Assembly: GCA_019428855.1 (NCBI GenBank)
Contig: JAHYJV010000006.1
Coordinates: 17,934 to 49,933 of the forward strand
Direction of reading: 5' to 3'
From: Patescibacteria group bacterium
GTDB taxonomy: Bacteria > Patescibacteriota > Minisyncoccia > JAHIHE01 > JAGLIN01
DNA: 32,000 bases
This document shows positions 16,376 through 23,860 of this stretch, piece after piece. Made by a program: the position numbers and the translations under genes. Position 1 is the first letter of the stretch. Each line of letters begins with the position of its first letter. A model generated the notes under the pieces. The model saw only the letters and a list, made by a program, of their open reading frames with translations, had not been told where the DNA came from and searched no databases.

Positions 16376-17722
16376 ATGCTATATAAGTTGGAAAAGCCTG
16401 ATTTATCAAAAGTTGATAAGAAAAAAATACTTGAAACTATATTAGAAAAAGAAGAAAGTGCTGTTCAAGTCCTTTCTTTAATTCAAAAAACTTTTCAAGG
16501 AGAGTATCTTTATTGGGATAAAATAAAATATAAGACATTGCCAAAGAATATATCAAAAGAAGAATTTTGGTCGATAATTAAGATATTCAGAAGAGCACAA
16601 TCTACCAAAAGTCCGATTAAAGATAAAAGCGGAAAATATTTCAATTGGATTAAATTGCCAGAGTATGAAGAATTTTTTCACGAAATTGATATGAACACGG
16701 GTGGATATCTTTTTACTTCCAAACAAGATGTCGATGTAAAAAATAAGCAGAAATTTATTTCTCGAGGAATAATGGAAGAGGCAATCGCTTCATCACAACT
16801 TGAGGGGGCGAATACAACAAGAAAAGCTGCGAAACAATTTTTGAGAGAAGGAAAAAAAGTAAGAAATGAATCAGAACAAATGATTTTCAATAATTATAGA
16901 ATGATGCAGTTGATTGAAAGTGATTATAAAGACAGGAAAATGGGATTAGATTTAATCCTTGAATTGCATAGCATCATTACCAAAGACATAATTTCAATTC
17001 CAGAAAATAAAAAAGGGGCATTGAGAAAATCTCAAGATGAAATCGTAGTTTCTGATAATAAAGGTGAAATTTATCATGAAGCTCCAAAAATGGAATTCGT
17101 AAAAAATGAACTTGGAAGGTTTGTGAACTTTGCCAATGATGAACTCAGCGGACCGTTTTTTCATCCAATTATTAAGGCTGTTATGCTTCATTTTTGGATT
17201 GGTTATCTTCATCCATTTACAGACGGTAATGGCAGATTGGCAAGAGCAATATTTTATTGGTATTTAGCTAAAAAAGATTATTGGGCATTTGTTTATTTAC
17301 CAATCTCAAGAGTTATTAAAGAATCTTCCATCCAATATGGTAAAGTCTATGTTTATTCTGAGCAAGATGATTTAGATTTAACTTATTTTATTGATTATAA
17401 TATTCGGAAAATAAAAACAGCTATTAGTAATTTTGAAGAATATCTTGAGAAAAAATCAAAAGAAAATTTGGTAATAAATAAACTCTTAAAAACAGAATAT
17501 AATATTAATGAAAGACAAATTCAGCTTCTGCAATATTTCCATAGGGATAAAAATAAAAAAACATCTCTCAGAGTGCATATGAATATTTATCAAGTCACGA
17601 AGACAACGGCAATTAAAGACTTGAAAACCTTAGAAAAATCTGGATTTTTATTTTCAAAAAAACAAGGTCGAAATATTTATTATTTTGCAACGGAGCAGGT
17701 CGAAAAACTATTTAAACAGTAG
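16376..17722 (+). CDS. fic: Fic family protein (AMPylase-type motif) with C-terminal winged-helix-like region
   Basis: Fic motif HPFTDGNGRLAR (17210-17245). N-terminal inhibitory-helix motif SSQLEG fits [ST]xxxE[GN] (about 16790-16807). The N-terminal region is Fic_N-like. Confidence 0.85.
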   Translation: MLYKLEKPDLSKVDKKKILETILEKEESAVQVLSLIQKTFQGEYLYWDKIKYKTLPKNISKEEFWSIIKIFRRAQSTKSPIKDKSGKYFNWIKLPEYEEFFHEIDMNTGGYLFTSKQDVDVKNKQKFISRGIMEEAIASSQLEGANTTRKAAKQFLREGKKVRNESEQMIFNNYRMMQLIESDYKDRKMGLDLILELHSIITKDIISIPENKKGALRKSQDEIVVSDNKGEIYHEAPKMEFVKNELGRFVNFANDELSGPFFHPIIKAVMLHFWIGYLHPFTDGNGRLARAIFYWYLAKKDYWAFVYLPISRVIKESSIQYGKVYVYSEQDDLDLTYFIDYNIRKIKTAISNFEEYLEKKSKENLVINKLLKTEYNINERQIQLLQYFHRDKNKKTSLRVHMNIYQVTKTTAIKDLKTLEKSGFLFSKKQGRNIYYFATEQVEKLFKQ

Positions 17723-17736
17723 CCTATAGAAAACAT

Positions 17737-18819
17737 ATGACTATCTCAAATACTAAAAACATAAATCTCTATTTCGGCGATGATGATTTTTCAATGGCGG
17801 AAGAAATGAAAAAAGAAAAAGTGCTTTTCGGGAAAAGCGGGGACCAGATGAGCGTCATTGAAATTGATTGGCAAAATCAAAGTCTTTCGCAGAGTGAAAA
17901 AATGAGCAAGCTGCAAGATGCACTGATGGGAGCTTCGCTATTTAGTAGTGATAAATTAGTTATAATAAAAAATAGTTTATTTTCCGGCCCAAAGAAAAGA
18001 AAAGATAAATCGGACAAGGAAGATGAAAAAAATGTAACTGATGCAGGGAGTGAAATAATACTAAAATATTTCCAAAATAAGCAAGAAGGAATAAAAATAT
18101 TTTTCATAGAAGAAAGTTTGGATAAAAGGAAAAAGGTTTATAAAGAATTAGTGAAGCTTGAAAAAATAGGAGATGCCATGATGAAAGAATTTATCGTACC
18201 AGCAAATGCGGCGTTTGATAATTGGATAAAAAAAAGAATCGAAAAAAAAAGTGGTCGAATTAGCCGCGAAGCTTTGAATATTTTTTCAATTACACTTGGA
18301 AAAGGTCTTGCCCAAAAAGACAAAAACGGCAAAATGAGTCAGTCGTATAATTTATGGGAAACAGCCAGTGAAATTGAAAAACTTCTTAGTTATTGCGAAG
18401 GCAGAGAAATTAAAAAAGAGGATGTGAGTTTGCTTATTAAATCAAAGGTTGATATGAGTATATTTAATCTTATTGACAGTATGAGTTCAAAAAATAAAAG
18501 CAAAGCGACTCTGCTCTTGAACCAGCAAATTGAAGAAGGGATAAATGAAAATTATATTCTTACTATGTTCGTTTATCAATTTCGTAATTTGATTAGAGTG
18601 AAGAGTTTGCTCAATCAAGGAATTTCTTCGGGTGAAATAACATCGGAAACAAAGATGCATCCTTATGTAGTTCAGAAAAGTATTGAGCAATGCCAGGGTT
18701 TTGAAATTGAACATCTTAAAAAAATATATCAAAAACTTTATGATGCAGATTTAGCCATAAAATCAGGAAAAATTAAACCAAGGCTAGCACTTGAACTCTT
18801 AGTAGTTTCCGTATCTTAA
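17737..18819 (+). CDS. holA: DNA polymerase III delta subunit
   Basis: Size and block pattern fit HolA: LYFGDDDFSMAEE at the N terminus and ALELLVV at the C terminus. It carries a K/E-rich insertion. The call is by overall pattern only. Confidence 0.6.
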   Translation: MTISNTKNINLYFGDDDFSMAEEMKKEKVLFGKSGDQMSVIEIDWQNQSLSQSEKMSKLQDALMGASLFSSDKLVIIKNSLFSGPKKRKDKSDKEDEKNVTDAGSEIILKYFQNKQEGIKIFFIEESLDKRKKVYKELVKLEKIGDAMMKEFIVPANAAFDNWIKKRIEKKSGRISREALNIFSITLGKGLAQKDKNGKMSQSYNLWETASEIEKLLSYCEGREIKKEDVSLLIKSKVDMSIFNLIDSMSSKNKSKATLLLNQQIEEGINENYILTMFVYQFRNLIRVKSLLNQGISSGEITSETKMHPYVVQKSIEQCQGFEIEHLKKIYQKLYDADLAIKSGKIKPRLALELLVVSVS

Positions 18820-18844
18820 AAAAATATTATTTTCTAAGAAATTA

Positions 18845-18966
18845 CCTTGAATTACGAAATGCAATATATTTGTCACCCTGAGCTTGTCGAAGGGTAGAAA
18901 ATGCGTCAAATTTATCATAGTTCGACAAGCTCACTATGACAAATTTAGCTATTTCGTAATTCTAAG
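18845..18966. mobile_element. 122-nt MITE-like palindromic element, copy 1
   Basis: Terminal inverted repeats ccttgaattacgaaat and atttcgtaattctaag. Internal arms tgtcaccctgagcttgtcgaa and ttcgacaagctcactatgaca. It differs at only 3 of about 118 aligned core positions from 22515-22636. It lies between the holA stop and the terminator. Confidence 0.8.
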
Positions 18967-18981
18967 AAATTAGATAAAAAG

Positions 18982-19009
18982 AAAACCACCTAGTTGCTAG
19001 GTGTTTTTC
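18982..19009. terminator. bidirectional intrinsic terminator (holA / rpsT)
   Basis: aaaac-cacctag-ttg-ctaggtg-ttttt, between convergent genes. Confidence 0.7.
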
Positions 19010-19050
19010 TTGGGTCTATTCCTCGAATTTTCTAATATATTAAATTCAAC

Positions 19051-19362
19051 TTATTTTTTAGATTTCTTTTTTTGAATAGAATTCACTTTTTTGGCTAGTG
19101 ATGATTTCTTTCGAGCAGCGGTGTTTTTCTTGATAATTCCCTTTTTCGCTGTTTTGTCTATCTGTTTATAGGCGTTTTTTAGTATTTCTTCAATATTTTT
19201 TAGCTTTTCATCAGTAACGGTTTCAGTCTTTTTTTCAAGAGAACCAACAAGTCCATCTAATTCTTTGATTGTTTTTTTCATCATAACCTTAGATCTTGTG
19301 TTAATCTTCTTTCTTCTTTCATTTTTCCTTAATTCTTTCTTTGCGGATTTAGTATTAGGCAT
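19051..19362 (-). CDS. rpsT: 30S ribosomal protein S20
   Basis: MPNTKSAKKELRKNERRKKINTRSK...KGIIKKNTAARKKS matches the S20 N- and C-terminal signatures. The ORF maximum extends to 19425, but the S20 homology starts at MPNTK. Confidence 0.85.
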   Translation of the reverse strand: MPNTKSAKKELRKNERRKKINTRSKVMMKKTIKELDGLVGSLEKKTETVTDEKLKNIEEILKNAYKQIDKTAKKGIIKKNTAARKKSSLAKKVNSIQKKKSKK

Positions 19363-19525
19363 ATTTGTTGATAATTTAATTATTATTGATACTTGAATAC
19401 TATTACAATTTGCTAGAATTGTCAAATAGCAGTATCATAATCATATAATGTATGACACTCAACATGTAACATAAGTTACATAAATATTTTATACATTATA
19501 AGTTATACATTTTAATTTATAGGAT

Positions 19526-20104
19526 ATGATTGCTTATTTAAAAGGAAAAATAATTTTTAAAAACGAAAAATTTATCATTTTGCTTTGTGGTGGTGTTGGA
19601 TATAAAGTTTTTATGTTATCTTGTGAGAATAAAATTGATGATGAAGTGGAATTTTTTACTTATTTGAATGTTAAAGAAGATGCTTTAACTTTGTATGGAT
19701 TTACAAGCTACAATGAGCTTGAATTATTTGAACATCTAATTTCAATTTCTGGTATTGGACCAAAAGCTGGTCTTGGAATTTTATCTTTGGCAGACCCTGA
19801 AACTGTCAAAGTTGCTATTGCACAAGGGGATTCAAGTATTTTGACTCGTGTGTCTGGAATTGGCAAGAAAACTGCAGAAAGAGTTGTTCTGGAGCTTCGC
19901 AACAAATTTTCATCTTTAGAAAGTGATGATGTTCTACAAGAGAAGAGTCAAGAAATAAACGATCACACCGATGTTATCGAAGCCTTGGTTAGCTTGGGAT
20001 ATAGTGCACAGCAAGCAAAAAAGGCGCTTGCCAACATTCCAGCTGGAATCAAGGATGTCAGCGAAAGAATTAAAATGGCTTTGAAAGAGTTGGGAAAAAA
20101 ATAA
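19526..20104 (+). CDS. ruvA: Holliday junction DNA helicase subunit RuvA
   Basis: MIAYLKGKI...GGVGYKVF OB-fold start, two HhH motifs (ISGIGPKAG and VSGIGKKTAERV), and C-terminal domain III (ALVSLGYSAQQAKKAL). Confidence 0.9.
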   Translation: MIAYLKGKIIFKNEKFIILLCGGVGYKVFMLSCENKIDDEVEFFTYLNVKEDALTLYGFTSYNELELFEHLISISGIGPKAGLGILSLADPETVKVAIAQGDSSILTRVSGIGKKTAERVVLELRNKFSSLESDDVLQEKSQEINDHTDVIEALVSLGYSAQQAKKALANIPAGIKDVSERIKMALKELGKK

Positions 20105-20315
20105 TGGTTTTATGGTCCTTTATAGTTTGGACCTCCTTTTCTTTACTAACATTATTCATCTTCTTCTCGTTTAATTGAGAGACTGTGTTTTTATTTTTCG
20201 TTTGTTTGTTTTTTGTATCATGATTATAATCAAATTTCAATACAAAAACAATCGCACATATTGTAAATATTACAAATATAATTGTAGCTAAGCGTAATTT
20301 ACATTTTCTTTTCAT
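20070..20315 (-). CDS. hypothetical small membrane-anchored protein (doubtful)
   Basis: MKRKCKLRLATIIFVIFTICAIVFV TM start followed by a K/N-rich tail. Its 3' end overlaps the ruvA 3' end by 35 nt. I recognise no family. Confidence 0.25.
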   Translation of the reverse strand: MKRKCKLRLATIIFVIFTICAIVFVLKFDYNHDTKNKQTKNKNTVSQLNEKKMNNVSKEKEVQTIKDHKTIIFFPTLSKPF

Positions 20316-20454
20316 AGAAATGATTTTAATTAAATTATAAATTGTCACTCTGGAAAGAGAGCAAAATGACTGAGAGAATCTTGTGTTATAATAAGGCCTT
20401 ATATTTTGTTTTGTGTGCATAGATTTGCGATTCCACTTTGTTCTTGGTGCCGTC

Positions 20455-20627
20455 TGTCATTGCGAAGAAGAGGTGTAACCGTTGGGGGTATCGCTCAGGG
20501 CAAGCTCGGCAATCCCGTTGTTATCCTGAATTTATTTCAGGATCTGTCAGGTGATAGATTTTGTCCGTGACTTATTTCACAGGACTAAGGGTTGAAAATA
20601 ATAAACCCTGAAATAAGTTCAGAATGA
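20455..20627. repeat. cluster of four palindromic repeat modules
   Basis: tgtcattgcgaag...ggcaatccc (20455-20516), ttatcctgaatttatttcaggatc (20521-20544), tgtccgtgacttatttcacaggac (20562-20585), and the inverted module accctgaaataagttcagaatga (20605-20627). Confidence 0.8.
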
Positions 20628-20840
20628 AAAAAGAAAGTTTATCTCAGTCCTATTATACTCATTTTATAATCTTTCTTTGTAAATTGCAAAATATCTGTTA
20701 TTTTTAAAATATAATCTATTAATTTTGGGCATGAATATTAGTCAAGAAATAAAAATTATGTGGAGATAATTTTTTGAGGAAAACCTAGTAAAAATCATGA
20801 GCATGAAGCTTGAAGAGCTTGCGGAAGTAGATACCGCACA

Positions 20841-20872
20841 AAATAAAAACAGGATATGATAATCCCGTTTTT
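20841..20872 (-). terminator. intrinsic terminator downstream of htrA
   Basis: Minus strand: aaacggga-N8-tcctgttt (one mismatch) followed by tttttatttt. Confidence 0.5.
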
Positions 20873-20895
20873 ATTTTTTAGATAAATTAATTTGG

Positions 20896-22125
20896 TTATT
20901 TTCTTTCTTCTAATGTTATTTTTATTTCCTTTTCTTCTCCCTTGCTGAGAACTTTGAGGGTAATTTCATCATTTGAGTTAAATTTGGCAATCATTCTATT
21001 GAGGGGATTTTTATCGTTAATTTTCTCACCATTGATTTCAAGAATAATATCATTTTCCACAAGTCCAGCTTTGTCGGCCGGGGAGCCCGGCACAATCGCA
21101 AGGTCACTAATTTTCTTACCTCTGATAATTAAGGCACCATAATCAATATCTAAATTATTTTCTTTTTTCATTACTTCATTTAATTGAACATAGCGGACTC
21201 CTAACCATGGCCTGACAATCTTGCCATATTTTTCAACGCTTTCAATAATATTTTTTACTTCGTTTATTGGAATTGCAAATCCGATATTTTGGGCATTAGA
21301 GGCAATAGCGGTATTAATGCCAATAACTTTTCCAGAAATATCAAGCAGTGGACCTCCTGAATTTCCCGGATTAATCGATGCATCTGTCTGAATGACATCG
21401 ACAAGTTCTTCAGTACCAGTTGAACCGCCAGAAGCAATAATTGAGCGGGATAGTCCAGAGATTACTCCCGTAGAAACTGTGTTACTAAATTCTCCTAAGG
21501 CGTTTCCAATGGCAATTGTTTTTTGTCCCACTTTTAAATTTGAGCTATCTCCGAGTTCAACGGTTGGAAAATTTTCCCCTTCAATTTTGATAATCGCCAT
21601 ATCGCCAATTGTATCTCGGGCAATAATCTTCGCCTCAAATTTCTCTTCGTTGTTCATTAAAACCGTATACTCTGCATCCTCAACACTAACTACATGTTTA
21701 TTGGTTACGATATAACCATCAGTTGAAACAATAAAACCTGTCCCATTACCAATTTCTTTTTTTTCAATCTGGTCGCCTTGGGGATTGTTAGGGATAGAAT
21801 ATTCATCGCCAAAAAAATTTCGAAAAAATTCATCATCAAAAAAAGGATTTCTGTAATATTGCTGTATTTTTGGTAAATCCTTAGAAGCAACAATGTTCAC
21901 CACGGCCGGAGAAACTTTTTCAACGGCTGAAATAACGGCTGATTCTTCTTCGGTGATGCTGATAGTTTTTATTTCAGTGTTTGTTTCTACATTTTTCATT
22001 TTTTTACTTTCTTGATTAAAATATAAAGAAGAAACTACGCCACCTGAAATTCCGCCAAAAATTGTTCCTATTATAACTGAAATTACGACTATTTTTTGTA
22101 GAGAATTTGTTTTTTTATTTTCCAT
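20896..22125 (-). CDS. htrA: HtrA/DegP-family serine protease with one PDZ domain
   Basis: N-terminal TM helix. Catalytic triad contexts VTNKHVV (His), DMAIIKI (Asp) and GNSGGPLL (Ser). C-terminal PDZ domain (GSPADKAGLVENDIILEINGEKI). Confidence 0.9.
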   Translation of the reverse strand: MENKKTNSLQKIVVISVIIGTIFGGISGGVVSSLYFNQESKKMKNVETNTEIKTISITEEESAVISAVEKVSPAVVNIVASKDLPKIQQYYRNPFFDDEFFRNFFGDEYSIPNNPQGDQIEKKEIGNGTGFIVSTDGYIVTNKHVVSVEDAEYTVLMNNEEKFEAKIIARDTIGDMAIIKIEGENFPTVELGDSSNLKVGQKTIAIGNALGEFSNTVSTGVISGLSRSIIASGGSTGTEELVDVIQTDASINPGNSGGPLLDISGKVIGINTAIASNAQNIGFAIPINEVKNIIESVEKYGKIVRPWLGVRYVQLNEVMKKENNLDIDYGALIIRGKKISDLAIVPGSPADKAGLVENDIILEINGEKINDKNPLNRMIAKFNSNDEITLKVLSKGEEKEIKITLEERK

Positions 22126-22239
22126 ATTTTTGAAATTTATTGATTAATATTTTAGACAAGAATATTGTAACAAAATAATTTTCATTTGTGAATATTTCAT
22201 TTGTGTATATCTTATGGACATTATTTGTTGTCAAATTAT

Positions 22240-22272
22240 CAAAAATAATCCTTCATTAATGAAGGATTATTT
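22240..22272 (-). terminator. intrinsic terminator downstream of tRNA-Glu
   Basis: Perfect 12-bp palindrome aataatccttca-ttaa-tgaaggattatt, with a T run on the minus strand. Confidence 0.7.
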
Positions 22273-22279
22273 AGACTTG

Positions 22280-22351
22280 TAGCCTCAAGGGGAATCGAAC
22301 CCCTATTGCCAGGATGAAAACCTGGCGTCCTAACCATTAGACGATGAGGCC
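22280..22351 (-). tRNA. tRNA-Glu (anticodon UUC)
   Basis: The reverse complement GGCCTCATCGTCTAATGGTTAGGACGCCAGGTTTTCATCCTGGCAATAGGGGTTCGATTCCCCTTGAGGCTA folds as a cloverleaf: 7-bp acceptor stem, anticodon loop UUUUCAU, and a GGTTCGATTCC T arm. It closely resembles E. coli tRNA-Glu. CCA is not encoded. Confidence 0.95.
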
Positions 22352-22447
22352 AAAAAACATTTTAATATGCTAAAACGATTACTGAAATATAGTAACAGGA
22401 AAATCGGAGCTTGTAAAGAGTGAGATATCAATCGAGATAGCAATTGG

Positions 22448-22474
22448 CACCCTTATTTGAAAGGTGCTTTTTTT
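22448..22474 (+). terminator. orphan plus-strand intrinsic terminator
   Basis: gcacctt-atttga-aaggtgc followed by seven T. There is no plus-strand ORF upstream, since the tRNA and htrA are on the minus strand. Confidence 0.55.
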
Positions 22475-22493
22475 ATGATATTATTGTAATATA

Positions 22494-22502
22494 TGCTAGA
22501 AT
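22494..22502 (+). promoter_or_regulatory. extended -10 promoter element upstream of MITE copy 2 and tsaD
   Basis: TGcTAGAAT. No good -35 box is present. Confidence 0.4.
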
Positions 22503-22514
22503 ATTAATATATTT

Positions 22515-22636
22515 CCTTGAATTACGAAATGCAATATATTTGTCACCCTGAGCTTGTCGAAGGGTGGGAAATGCGTCAAATTTATCATAGTTTGACAAGC
22601 TCACTATGACAAATTTAGCTATTTCGTAATTCAAAG
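22515..22636. mobile_element. 122-nt MITE-like palindromic element, copy 2
   Basis: Same element as 18845-18966, with terminal inverted repeats ccttgaattacgaaat and atttcgtaattcaaag. It ends 24 nt before the tsaD start codon. Confidence 0.8.
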
Positions 22637-22660
22637 ATATTTAAAAAATAAAACAGTTTT

Positions 22661-23707
22661 ATGGTTATTTTGTCAATTGAAACTTCCTGCGACGAAACAG
22701 CAGTTGCTATTGTTGAATTCAAAAATAAAAGTGCCAAGGTTTTGGCGAATATAGTTTCCTCACAGGTAAAAATGCACAGTAAATTTGGTGGAGTGGTTCC
22801 TTCTTTGGCTTCGCGAATGCATTTGAAGAACATCATTCCAATCCTGGAAAGATCTTTGTGCAAAGCCAAAATTTCCAAAAAGAAAATTGATTTTGTGGCG
22901 GTGACGAACGGTCCTGGATTGATTCCTGCTCTTATGGTAGGTGTGGGAGCGGCGAAAGCCCTTGCTTATGGATTAGGAAAGCCGTTGATTGGCATTCACC
23001 ATATTGAAGGACATATTTATGCCAATTGGTTGAAAAAATACGATGCGAAAAAAAATAAATTATGGGAAGCCGAGTTTCCAATTATTTGTCTGACGGTTTC
23101 AGGGGGACATACTCAAATCATTCTGATGAAAAAAGATTTAAATTATCAGATTCTCGGAGAAACTTTGGATGATGCAGTGGGGGAAGCATTTGATAAGGTT
23201 GCCAAGCTTTTAGATTTAGGATATCCGGGCGGACCTATAATTGAAAAGATGGCCCAAAAAGGAGATGAAGAAAAAATCAAATTTCCGCGACCGATGGCAA
23301 GCAGTGGTGATTATAATTTTTCTTTTTCAGGATTGAAAACGGCGGTTTTATATGAGGTGAGGACGCAGCAAGAAATTAATAAGCAATATAAATGTGATGT
23401 GGTAGCCTCATTTCAAAAAGCGGCATTTGATGTTCTTGTTTCCAAGACTATAAAAGCGGCCCAAGAATATAAAGTGAAAAATATTGTTTTAGGAGGAGGA
23501 GTGTCGGCAAATAAAAAATTACAAAAATTATTAGCCGGAGCGATTGAAGCAAATTTACCAACTTGTGGTTGTTCTTTTCCGCTGGCAAAATTAACTTCGG
23601 ATAATGCTTTGATGATTGCTCTGGCAGCTTATCGGCACATTGAGAATAGTAAAGGAATGAAAGATTGGAAAAGTGTGCCAGCAGATGCAAATTTGAAATT
23701 AAAATAA
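22661..23707 (+). CDS. tsaD: tRNA N6-adenosine threonylcarbamoyltransferase TsaD
   Basis: ILSIETSCDETAVAIV, the metal-binding HHIEGHI motif, VSGGHTQI, and GGGVSANKKL, the characteristic Kae1/TsaD blocks. Confidence 0.95.
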   Translation: MVILSIETSCDETAVAIVEFKNKSAKVLANIVSSQVKMHSKFGGVVPSLASRMHLKNIIPILERSLCKAKISKKKIDFVAVTNGPGLIPALMVGVGAAKALAYGLGKPLIGIHHIEGHIYANWLKKYDAKKNKLWEAEFPIICLTVSGGHTQIILMKKDLNYQILGETLDDAVGEAFDKVAKLLDLGYPGGPIIEKMAQKGDEEKIKFPRPMASSGDYNFSFSGLKTAVLYEVRTQQEINKQYKCDVVASFQKAAFDVLVSKTIKAAQEYKVKNIVLGGGVSANKKLQKLLAGAIEANLPTCGCSFPLAKLTSDNALMIALAAYRHIENSKGMKDWKSVPADANLKLK

Positions 23708-23860
23708 AAAAACACGGGAGTGGAGAATGCAATAAAATGTAATTCTGCCTGAAAGCGGGAATAAAATAATGCCTCAGCCAAACTCTGCTCTCGCTCCGCT
23801 TCACACTCTCATGAGATTTAATCTTCCCAGACTGTCTAATCTTTTAATAAATTTTAGTTT

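Noticed and set aside
18833-18972. 12-nt direct repeat tctaagaaatta flanking MITE copy 1 as a definite target-site duplication
   Set aside because: The right-hand copy overlaps sequence that is also conserved at the right end of copy 2 (tcaaagatatt), so it may be part of the element itself. Two copies are too few to define the ends.
20942-21715. Antisense ORFs inside htrA (66 and 107 aa); similar shadow ORFs lie inside polA, pbpC, ruvB, holA and the 731-aa gene
   Set aside because: They lie entirely within, and opposite to, genes with clear catalytic motifs. They have low-complexity composition typical of shadow ORFs in AT-rich DNA.
22615-22878. 87-aa minus-strand ORF overlapping the tsaD start and the MITE
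   Set aside because: It is antisense to the unmistakable TsaD N terminus, begins inside repeat DNA, and has no supporting signals.
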